In this document: positions 53,348 to 64,000 of the stretch, piece by piece | Layout of the letters: every line of letters starts with the position of its first letter | Numbering within the stretch: position 1 is the stretch's first letter | DNA from: Podospora anserina | Taxonomy: Eukaryota | Direction: 5' to 3' | DNA length: 64,000 nucleotides | Assembly: GCA_017654855.1 (NCBI GenBank) | Contig: CM030337.1 | Location: 1,922,001-1,986,000, forward strand | Notes under the pieces: generated by a model | What the model was told of the DNA's origin: nothing | The model's input: the letters and a program-made list of their open reading frames with translations, nothing else | Databases searched by the model: none | Translations under genes and position numbers: made by a program

Positions 53348-54895
53348 GGGTATGACATTGAGACAAACCGAGGGGAAACGGGTGTCGTTACTGGAGTCAG
53401 ACGGCCACCGGAAAAAAAAATGTGATTGGGAAAGGAGATACCAAAATGTATAGAATAATGTTCAGAGCGGGTGGTACATGGTCAGAATTCGACTTGTATA
53501 TTGTGCCCATGTCTGGTCGTTGCCAGACGTAACTACCGGCACTCCCCGTGCTGAGACATCACTGGGACAGCACCTTTCTCTGCCTGTGGGCTCCGTCCCC
53601 ACCATTTCCTTTTACCTCTGGTCATGCACGGCGCTCTCTGTGCTGAAATAAAACTAGGACAGCGGTTTTCCTTGCCGTTTCTTCATTTGCCTTTTCCTTT
53701 TGGTGAGAAAGAACAACCGCCATGGCAGCAGCAGCGGCGAGAGCATTTCTTGAGATAAGCTAGACACACACAAGCATTAACGCATGATGCCTTCGTCGCA
53801 GAATATATGAGCATACCTCCATCGAGGCCACCCTCGCGGGCATCAGGTTTTCTTTGCTTGGCCGCTGGCTGGGGAAGTTTTCTTTTCATCATCAGAGAGA
53901 TTGTTTATGATGATGACGATCAAGAGGGCAATTGATAAGAAGGCATTCAGGACCGTAAGGAAGGTGAAAAGATCATCAGACATGGTTGCTGAAGCTCTGG
54001 GCGGTAACTCGTGGAGAAGTGGAAAAAGAGAATGTTGGATTACTGGAGTTTTGCGCTAATATTGTTTTGACAAACACAAGCCCGGTGGTAGGGGCTTGAC
54101 GCCACAGTGGAAAGGGTTGTTTTACTGGGTCTTGATCACCTCCTGCCTCCCACGCTTTTGACTGGGTCACAGTGATAGGAATAAGGTCAGTTATGGAAAC
54201 CATGAAAAAGAATGGAAAGCAGGAACTGCTCTTGATGACGCAAAAAGTATGAAAATACACGCATCTTTGGATAAACGCTACAGGACACATACCGGGTTCT
54301 TTCTCCAACAGCGACTTCCTAGCAAATCTCCACCAGCCGTTGATTCTTCGGAAACGAAGTAGGCGATTGTGAGCTCGAGGAAGCCGTCGGGGCAACAGCC
54401 AGATCGGGTTGAGGAGGGTTTGGACACGTTGCTTGGTTGGTAGCGGGCTCGGTAGGAGTGTCTGGTTCGGAATTCGGTGAAGCTTCTGGGTTGGCCTTGT
54501 CATCACCACCATCCGTCTTGGTGTTTTTGTTGCCACCTCTTGTCTTCAACTGGACCCAAGTTATGCGCCAAGGGAAAGCTAGGACTAAGGCCAGGATAAT
54601 ACGATACTGTTGCAAAGTGTGCAGTACTGGTGCACGCCCCAACGGCTGGTCGTGGGAATGGGTTTGACGATCTCAACTTGGGTGATTCCGGTTGGGGATG
54701 TAATGGGGTGGTGGTTCTGGCGGGTTCTGGCGCGATAGATAGCGTCACCGCAAGGTGAACCTCGGTGATGTACCTCGCCTCCTGGGTGTTGAAACCGGGG
54801 CCTGTGCATGTTGTGGTGTATCGACTATAGTGATGTGTTTTGGCTGGTTCAGTTGCGAATCGTTGAGGTGGCTGTCCACACATCACCAATGTCCT

Positions 54896-55136
54896 AAAAT
54901 ATGGTTGATAGGCATATATTACTTGTCAATACGCCTTCAAACATAGTAAATAAGCATTAAAGGACATCAATACATTACCAAAGATAGTCATAGGCCTTTA
55001 AAGATGATTAATAGGTCTTGAAAGATAGTCAATATGCCTTGAAAGATAGTTAACAGGCCTTTAAAGATAGTCGATAGGTGTTTAAGTTAGTATTAAAGGC
55101 GTACAAAGTATCTTTAAAGGCCTATTGATTATGTTG
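54896..55136 (+). repeat. Degenerate 21-bp tandem array (~9 direct units plus 2 inverted units)
   Basis: Units include aaagatgattaataggtcttg, aaagatagtcaatatgccttg, aaagatagttaacaggccttt and aaagatagtcgataggtgttt. Inverted units at 55095-55136. Confidence 0.85.
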
Positions 55137-55454
55137 TAAGGGGTTAATGTCTTAGTGTAATTTCTATATTTTATGTTTGATCCCCCCAAGGGTATTACCA
55201 TCTACAAGCTCTAAGAATTCAATGGTAGTACTATGCGAGGGAGAGAACAGCTGGGACTCGAAAGTGTTCCTTCCTACTTGCCACACCATAACGAGACTTG
55301 CCGTACTCCAACAGAATATTTCGACTCAGGCTAGCAAAGACCTTCCCACTTTTTAATATTCCCCTTCCGCAAAATAATCTCCCAATCCTGTCTGGTCCGG
55401 TTGCGATTTGGCTTGCTGTGCTGGCGTTGACTTCGAAATTTTGGGGGGGTGGTT

Positions 55455-56619
55455 CTATATGTTGTCCATGATATCTTTCGCAGCCGATCCTGGTGGCCCT
55501 GAACTCTTCTGTCTTCCCCTAAGGTAGATGGCTATAAAGCGAGTAATCAGAAAATCCAAAGCTGGCGATGTATGGGTATACGTCTGCCTCGTTGGGTTTT
55601 CCTTTCTTGACAAGATCTCAATATCTTTCCTTAACAAGACCGCCGGCCAGCCTTAAGCCGTGCTATTGAGCAAGATGGCGATGATGAAGTGGACCGGGAT
55701 CAGGCCAATCGAAATGATGATTGCAGGCATGGAGCATGACGGGGAGCCAAGCCTATTCCCGACGAATTCAATGAGGAGCACGGTCTAGTTGAGATTGACA
55801 TTGTCAACTTTGGCGTAACCAGACAACTAGCCAGGGCCGAGAACGACAAAGGCTTGACATTACCTTGTTCCTCCTTCTCGATAACGCCGTCAGTGCATGT
55901 TGCCACGTGTTGGGGAAGAAAAGAATGCACAGTTACCTGCCTTCTCGTTGGGTTTCTCCGGGCAAGCCATTCCAAGACGAATCTCTCTCCCAAACGTGCG
56001 AGCAGGGACCAGAGGGGCAGCCTGCTAAAAAACTGCAGGAACACCCGGGACATCGCGGCATACACTACTTCACTGGGCCGGAGAATTCGGTGATTATGGC
56101 TGTGCCTCTCGGTCAGCCGCAGGCAGTAGGCTAAGTCGCCCATCTTAGAGCCAGGTATCGATGACGGAGGTATATACACCAATGTCTGCTGTGGGTAGTC
56201 CAGGGCTGCCATTAGCCGGAAAGGTCAGGGGCCCTAGCCGTGATTATCTGAGTCGAGCGTCTTTCTCACGAACCGAAAAGGGTGCATGTAAAATTCCATC
56301 TGGTTGCGTCGGTGAATTTGTTCAAAGTACCCTCCGATAGCGACAAAATCCACCAGGCGGACCATGGGAACTTTGACCGCAGGGTCATACTTCTTTCGCC
56401 GGTGCCGCATGTCCATGCGTAAGGCTGCTGGGTCCGCAAAATATTTCCATCGCAACGACATTTATAGCAAGTCTGGAGCATGCAAGCCGAGGTGCGGATT
56501 CTCAGTCTGAAATCTTTCGAGAATGTCAAAGGCCTCTCTTGAAGTTGGCGGTTCATTTTGAAGATAGGCATCAGAAAGAAGTCTTGCGTTCCTGGGTTCG
56601 TGATGTTGATGATAGACAT
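55455..56619 (-). pseudogene. Possible fragmented gene remnant between two 21-bp arrays
   Basis: Consecutive same-strand ORF fragments (56266..56619, 56234..56461, 55700..56212, 55455..55637) with protein-like composition. No family recognised. Confidence 0.3.
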
Positions 56620-57097
56620 GGGGTAATTGTCATTGACTGTTGGATTTCCCGTGCAAGATCCAGTTTCGTTATCTCTGGGAGCTTGAGTTCACGACCGGTT
56701 TGGAATCTGCTAGCTAAGGTAGCCTCTTGGATTCTGCGGACAAGGTGAATTGTCCCCAGGGCTTGCGTTTGTTTGGACGAATGACGAATAACTTGAAGTT
56801 AGGGAGAGCATGATCCCTGTACAGGTGGGCGTGAGGTATCGCGAATTTAGTCGTTTCACCGGTTCCGACATCTCTTTTCCCGAGCCCAAAGCTCTTCCCA
56901 ACCAGGTGATGTGACAGCGGCGTCCTCTGCTTGGTTCTCAGTGTTGCCAGTGAAACCATCTCTGCCGACTGGGGCACAATATCCTCGGACTATGCACAGC
57001 AAATGGCAAAGCAGCAGTTGGCTGGCTGTTCTGGAATCCGGGTCGAGTCGAACTCAATGTCAACTTTGAGTTCTTTGTGTTCCCCTAAGATACCTTA

Positions 57098-57223
57098 AAA
57101 GACAGTGTACATACCTTAAAATATAGTTTACCTGCCTTAAAAGATGGTTTGTATACCTTAAAATATAGTCTACAGGCCTTTAATTAAGGTCAATATACGT
57201 CCCAGGATAGCTGATAGGCCTCC
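57098..57223 (+). repeat. Degenerate 21-bp tandem array, ~6 units
   Basis: aaagacagtgtacatacctta / aaatatagtttacctgcctta / aaagatggtttgtatacctta / aaatatagtctacaggccttt. Confidence 0.85.
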
Positions 57224-57768
57224 TTAATAGTGGAAATGGCATTGTCTTAAAGTCGAAACACATAACGCTGCAAATGAGAGCTGCGACCTAGCTGGCTCGA
57301 AGTAAGGTTATGATATCGGACGCAAGAGCACCATCTGCAATTTTCGACTGAAATTGCAACAATTGACCTCCACTTCCACCCTTCCAGCCCCGGAGCCCCC
57401 GCTTCCTCCGAAATACCGGAGCGGGACCGGCTGTCGTCCAACGTGACTCCACCCCTCCGGCCATGGCACCGGACACTACGGTTAAGCCCTGTTCACTCTC
57501 ACCCAAGGGTTAGGGTAAAACTTCACCATCGCAACCATCTGATAAGCATTTTTTGGCTTATCACAACCGTTGCGCAGCGCAGTGAGGGGCATCTTTTCAC
57601 AAAAAGTTTTCAAGGCTCGGTCCTCAAGGTTCCCCCCGCAAATTGAATATCACATCCCTCCGTCCAGTCTGCGCGGCACCAGCAGACAGACTTGTCGCAT
57701 TCACCTTTTCGCCCCCCCAACCAAACAACCACCCCAAATCCACAGCAACAGCAACAGCAACAGTCGAA

Positions 57769-58747
57769 ATGGGCAAAAAGCGCACCAGAAACCCCGACGA
57801 CGACGTCGCCATGACCGACGAAGTCCCCGCGCAAACCAAGAAGAACAACAACGGCGGTGATAGCTCCGACTCGGACGATGTTTGTCTCCCATCCCCCCTT
57901 CCTCCTTTCCCCGCCCATTAACACCCCTCCCCCCTAGGACATGGACATAGTAAACGTGGACTTCGAACTCTTCAACTACGACCCCACAATCGACTTCCAC
58001 GGCGTAAGAACCCTCCTCCGCCAGCTCCTCGACGCCGACGCCTCCCTCTTCGACCTCTCCTCCCTCTCCGACCTCATCGTCGAGCAAAACACGGTCGGCT
58101 CCACCTGCAAGGTCGACGACAAGGCCAACGACGCCTACGCCTTCCTCACCGTACTCAACATCCAAGAGCACTCCCCCACCAAACCCGTAGTCAAACAACT
58201 CGCCGAGTACCTCGCCGATCGCGCCACAAAGTCCCAAGATGAAACCCTGGCCAAGGTCGTGCCCGAGGTGTTGCTTGGAGAGGGGAAACAACAGGTCGGG
58301 TTGGTCCTGGCGGAAAGGTTACTCAACATGCCGGCCGAGGTCATCCCGCCAATGTGGAGCTGCATGATTGATGAGATTGAGGCTGCGGTCGAGGACAAGG
58401 AGCCGTACGAGTTTACGCATTATCTTGTGCTTTCAAGAACGTACCTCGAGGTGGAGTCAACGTTAAATCAGACAGAGAGGAAAAACAAGAGGTCAAAGGC
58501 GACGGGGGAGCTGCAGTATTTCCATCCCGAGGACGAGGAGATGAGAAAGTTTGCGACGGCGGCGGGAAGTTTTGAGTACACAAAGGAAGGACAGGCCGCG
58601 GTGGCGGATAGCAAGCGCGCGTTCCAAGAGATGGGGATCAAGCCGGTGGGCTTCATGATGTTGATTGAGGCGGAGAAGTTCCCCAAGGCTGTCCAGGGGA
58701 TCACAGAGTATGTGGCCACTGGCGGGATGTCAATGGAGATTTCATAG
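57769..58747 (+). CDS. BCP1: Bcp1/BCCIP 60S biogenesis factor
   Basis: [49 protein letters not shown]; one intron. Confidence 0.92.
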
Positions 58748-58842
58748 GGAAAAAAGATGATTAATATATACTTTTATTTATTGCTCCCTGATCAAAGCCA
58801 AAGGAAGTCCAACGCTATGTTCTTGGTGAGTAGTAGTGACAA

Positions 58843-59701
58843 TCATTGCTGTTCGGGTTCGAGTCGCTGCATGAGGTACTCTACCTCGACTGCCTTTGTC
58901 AGGGGAATGACAAAGTCTTCGTACATGGACACAACAGCCTCAACGTTGATCTTGACCTGCTCAGCAGCGTCTGGACCTTGGAGCGAGGGATCGGTGCCGT
59001 AGGTCTGCGCCTTGAGCTTGAGACGCTCCAACACCTTCTTCTCAACCGCCTTGTTCGTGATGGCCTCACCGATTCCGTCCCGGTCGCCAGCCCGGATCAA
59101 CCTCGTGAACTTCTCCGTTTCCGACACAAACTTGGACTCGGCAACAAACTTGCCAAAGTGAATCCGCCTGGAAAGTGCTTGCAGGCAAGCAATGTCGCAC
59201 GTGGCGGATGAGCCGTAGTTCTCCTGAGAAACACCCCTGTCCTCGCGACCAAAGTCGCGGCAGACCTTTGGAAGGAAGTTCTCTGTGTAGAACTGCTTGA
59301 TCTTGTCGTTCACACAGACATCGTTGGGGTAGAGAATTGGAGGGTAGTCGAGTGGGTCGAGGATTGGCTTTTGGACGGCATCAGGGAAGAAAGGGTACTC
59401 GTCCGGTGACTCAAAGCGGCGGATGAGGGATTGGAGTTTTTCCTGTTCCCGAAGGTACCAGTCCATGAAGCTCAATTCCGAGTTTGGGATCGGAACTGCT
59501 CCTGGGACGTAGATGTTTTTGTTAAGAGGGAACTGGACACGCTCAATCAGATGAAAGGTGATGGTATCCTCGAGACGACTGGGGGCTTGTTAGTTACTTG
59601 TGACCAAGAAGGCTAGGCGGGTAGACTGACATGAGCTGATAGCGGATGTTCGTGAGATCCAGGGCCTTCGACCGGTCTGAAAGATCGATGATGGTGTCCA
59701 T
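58843..59701 (-). CDS. ARO7: Chorismate mutase
   Basis: [11 protein letters not shown] / [59 protein letters not shown]. Confidence 0.95.
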
Positions 59702-61142
59702 TTTGAAATGAGAGTATCTTCTTGTCTGCCGAAGAAAAGGGGCAGTTGTTTTGATGTTTGAAGGGGAAAAGGAACGACGAGAAGCCGACGTTAATGGTAC
59801 AATGAACGTGAGATGCGCCCAAGAACAATGCTACCCAACCGGTGAAAGCAGGCCAGTGTAGGTGTGGTGCAAGTCGCGATTTCCAAGTCGTAGACCCAAA
59901 ACTCGAAATCGATGACTCCTTTTTGAATTTGGATCACACAACTGCCGGTCTGAGCGGGTACCTGCTTCCCTCAATCAAAACGTGGATGAACCACGGGCTT
60001 GGAGTCAAGAGAGGCAGGGAGTGGGTGGGTTGCTGCCGCGTGGTTCCGATCGCGGGGCCGAATATACCCCAGTGACGCACCCGGCAGCGGTGGCGGGGTT
60101 CAATGACAGCTTTCCCCTGACCAATGTAACCTCAGCATTCCCCGACGACCCCCACTTTTACTGCCCGAATCGGCTGTGTCACCTTCCGCTTGACCTTGGG
60201 GTTGCTGTGTGAGAGCTGAAACGGCAGGCGGCGGGAAGAAGGTGAAGGCTGAGGTGAAGGGAAGGTGAAGTTCAAGGTGAGGCTAAGAAACCTCGGACGA
60301 AATGAAGGTGGAGGCGGCGGTAAAGAGATGGCCGGCCGGGACCCTAGCACTGGTGAAGTGTTCAAGCCCTCTTACTGTGACGTGGCAAGTCCCCTCAACA
60401 CACAGAAAAGCTACAAGCTCAATGGTATCAAATATGCCAAAGAAATCGGGACTATCACTGAGGTAAAGATAGAGTTTGGTCGTGGACTACGACGGAAGTG
60501 GTCGCGTGCCGTATGTGTTGATCATGGGAGGGAACGACTCTGTATGGATAATGACAAGGCTGCCAGAATTGGCTGATGTTTGTGCTCTTCTTCAGTATCC
60601 ATCTCTGGCTCTCCACGTGAAAGAACCCAAAGGAAACTTTTGAATCCATCCGTCGGCTTGCATGAATGAAAAAGATTGCTTCAGGGGAGCCGGTAAATTG
60701 ATAAGACCTCGATGCTACTCTGGTGGAGGTTTCAAAGGGGAGAGGGGCTGATTCCATATCTTGACTAAACAGCATATTTAACCCCAACCCTTACTTCCCC
60801 GCATCGGTCTGTGACGTTTTTTTCAAGATGTGCCGCCGGCGACTGGGACTGGGCTCGCAACCGGCTTTAACATTTCCTGGCCCCCCCCAAAATTGTGCCG
60901 CGCCTCTTCCCAACCACCACAACACACACACAGCTCGGCATTGTCTTCGCCAGCTCTGGCTGTGTCACTTCATGTCGCTCCCACTGCGCTGTCGACACTA
61001 CACCACAGCACCCTGAATCGCTACATTCAGCTGTGCTTGTCTGCCCCCCATTTACGAATTGACTGCGTCATAAAACCGAAAGCTTTCTGGAGCTCACCGA
61101 AAACCGGGCGAAGGGCGATAACCCCCTGAGGCGCGCCTACTG

Positions 61143-63326
61143 ATGGCCGACCCAGGGCAGAAGGATGACTTTCCCGACCTGTCGTCCTTTGACGACGATG
61201 TGTCGGTGATATCTGTGAGCGCCAACTTTTATCGGGCCGCAATGGGGCTCGGGAACGATGCTCATCAGCAGGGCAGAAAGACTAACCAAGTGATCAATCA
61301 TGGTAGACTCGAGGAGTCGAGGCATTCGGCCGCAAAGTGACGAGCACGGCGAGCCATCTGATCGGTACTATTGCCGATCCAACCTCCCACCCTCACTACA
61401 CCAGGGCCATGACCGAGGTCTCCCGTCAGTTGACGAAACCGTCTCTGCAGCGCACCATGTTCTCAATGGCGCGCACTACGCCTACCGACTTGGTCAGGTC
61501 CCGCCTCTCTACCACGGAAATACATTCGCGCGCTCTTGCCTATGTACCGGACGAGCTGCTCAAGAACATCCCCGAGGATGAGAACTCGTACTCTCTTTTC
61601 CAGGGCTTCAAAGCCAGCTTCCCCGAGTTCGCCGAGGATTCCAAGGGCAAGAAGCACAGGCGGCGTGTCTCCAGAGGAAGACGGCTTCTGGAGGAAAGGC
61701 CCACGACACCGGATGGATCGCCGGAATCGGTGCATAAGATCAAGAAGGAGAAGTCAACCATGATGCATCAGTTGGAGATGTTGAGCATTCGGAAGAATAT
61801 GGCCAGCGCTGAGATCAAGGAGATTGATGCCAAACTGGAGAACCTTGTAGGCATGAGGAAGATCATCCTTGAAAGGCTGGCAGCTCTGGAGAAGGACGAG
61901 GCGTTGCTTGAGCATGATAGTGGGTCTTTCCCCTACACGGCATTGCCTACTAAGCTAACGTTTGACTGCAGTTGTCGAGGTTGAGACGAGATTAGAAGAG
62001 GCTCAGGAGATGGCTGTCGAGGCAGCCTCTATTGCCCAACACACACCGGCGAGATCAGAAGACGGGCAAAACGAGGATGAGAACGCACCTGGTTTCATGT
62101 CGCAATCCATTTACGAGAAGCTCCCATCAGTATCATCAGGAAGTGGCCCCGTTAAGCGGAAGCCGAGAAGTATCAGGAGGAAGTCGGCGCCGATTTTGCA
62201 CGAGCACTTCGAGCCAGGAAGCATGATCCGCTCGATGCGCGCGCATCAGGACAGCATCACTACTCTCGACTTTGACGCCCCCTTTGGATTGATGGTTTCG
62301 GCTGCAATGGATGATTCGGTTCGTGTTTGGGATCTGAACGCTGGTCGCTGCATTGGTCTCTTGGATGGCCACACTGCTTCGGTTCGCGCTCTCCAGGTCG
62401 AAGACAACTTCTTGGCAACTGGCTCTATGGATGCGACTATTCGGCTCTGGGATCTCAGCAAGGCTCACTACGACCCGCAAGGCAGCAGCTTTGGTAAGGA
62501 GGAGGACGATGACGAGGACGCTCTTGCCTTCGAGAACCCCAGCGACTTGCCGGTAGACCCTCCTGCCAACAGCATGGCTGATTGCCCACTCTTCACCTTG
62601 CAAGCTCATCTTGACGAAATCACGGCTCTTCACTTCCGAGGCAATGTTCTTGTGTCAGGTTCTGCTGATAAGACTCTTCGGCAATGGGATCTGGAGAAGG
62701 GACGTTGCGTGCAGACTCTGGACGTTATGTGGGCTGCCGCGCAGGCCACTGCTCTCTCCCACGACAATGATACCTGGAGACAAACCAACAAGGCCCCGGA
62801 TACGTCTGCGGATTTCGTTGGCGCACTCCAAGTCTTCGAATCCGCACTCGCCTGCGGTACGGCCGATGGCATGGTCAGGCTCTGGGATTTGCGCAGCGGA
62901 CAGGTGCATCGCAGCTTGGTAGGCCATACTGGGCCTGTCACCTGCCTGCAGTTTGACGACGTACATCTGGTTACTGGCAGTTTGGACAGAAGCATTCGGG
63001 TGAGTGTAAATTCGAGGTTATTCAAGGGACGTTTGCTAACTGGTGGCCAGATCTGGGATCTCCGAACTGGGTCCATCTATGACGCCTATGCTTATGACAA
63101 CCCGATCACAAGCATGATGTTTGATCAAAGACGCATTGTCGCCGCTGCTGGCGAGGATGTCGTCAAGGTATACGACAAGGTTGAGGGCCGGCACTGGGAC
63201 TGCGGTGCTGGCATCACCGAGGCCGATGAAGCCAAGAGCCCTGCCATCGTGGAGCAAGTGCGCATCCGGGACGGATACATGGTTGAGGGTCGGCGGGACG
63301 GCATCGTTGGCGTCTGGACCTGCTAG
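61143..63326 (+). CDS. MDV1: Mitochondrial fission adaptor Mdv1/Caf4 (coiled coil + WD40)
   Basis: [10 protein letters not shown], coiled coil, WD40 repeats ([32 protein letters not shown]); three introns. Confidence 0.92.
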
Positions 63327-64000
63327 TCCTCTGGGTCCCCAGTACAGAGAATCTTGTATAACGTTACCATGTATCAGTAAAAAGAGACGACAGCGATGAC
63401 ATTTGGAGACATGAAGTCAGTTTTAGGAACATTTCACGGTTTTAAAGGCACATATCGGATGAGCATGATCAGAAGTATACGCAAGTGAGGCTTAGACAAT
63501 GATTATTTGTCCGTGATTCGGTTGCCGAGTGTTGTGCACAATCTCGAGGAGGTAGCGGCCGCATCACCCGCGCCCAAGTGTGTAGGAGGGCCAATGAAAG
63601 GGAAGCAAACTCCCCAATACGGCAGGCCCGCTATCTCCGGCCTTGCTGAAGCCGGGCGGAGGAGGACCGCATCACCGCCCCTGGGGCAAAATCTGCCGGA
63701 CAAGAATCTGCGGGCCCGCATCCCGCGGATCCCCTTTTTCTAAGCTGTCTTGTGGTTTCTCGGGGCTACATCTTTTCATCCGAGATGCGGGCGGTGTTGG
63801 TCCTGATGGTTGCTGAGGCGGAAAGGTTCGACGGGACTACGGAGTATCAGAAGAAACCGAGAGGCTCAGCCCTATGTTGGTTTCTCGAGCGTAGTGGTTA
63901 TCAAAGCTGAATCATGATGGTGAAAGGTGAAGGGAGGGATGTTAGGGTTGAGGTATAAGTATTCGTGATATCCGCCGTTTTCAACAGTCCAAGATAATCA

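Noticed and set aside
54319-54889. Overlapping minus-strand ORFs beside the 55-kb array
   Set aside because: No recognisable motif or consistent exon structure; cannot be supported as a gene.
54896-55136. 21-bp arrays as a CRISPR array
   Set aside because: This is eukaryotic DNA, the units are contiguous and degenerate with no unique spacers, and there are no cas genes.
63503-64000. Possible gene end at the window edge
   Set aside because: Only short ORFs with no recognisable protein.

Overview
Intron-containing fungal genomic DNA with GT..CTRAC..AG introns of about 50-90 nt and a dispersed 5S rRNA gene. Gene content and composition suggest Sordariales, possibly Podospora-like (inference, not searched). 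Most of 15-63 kb is a conserved housekeeping backbone: a DUF3112-like membrane protein, PP2A catalytic subunit, EXO84, TOM20, TYW1, TMEM42-like, TFIIA-gamma, VMA16, gephyrin/CnxE, a TM-SH3 protein, VPS15, U2A', BCP1, ARO7 and MDV1. An accessory island at about 1.8-14.7 kb holds: (1) a tightly head-to-head pair of related Ser/Thr kinase genes, one fused to a HET cell-death domain, both pseudogenised; (2) an intact gene with an ISG12/IFI27-like motif; (3) an intact pseudokinase; (4) a 5S rRNA gene; (5) a pseudogene whose paralog, also decayed, lies at 37-39 kb. A degenerate 21-bp-period repeat family (consensus about AAAGATAGTCAATAGGCCTTT) occurs at three places, each next to decayed genes. The best candidates for undescribed biology are the paired kinase / kinase-HET module with its neighbours, and the 21-bp repeat arrays. 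All calls come from reading the sequence by eye; no searches were run.
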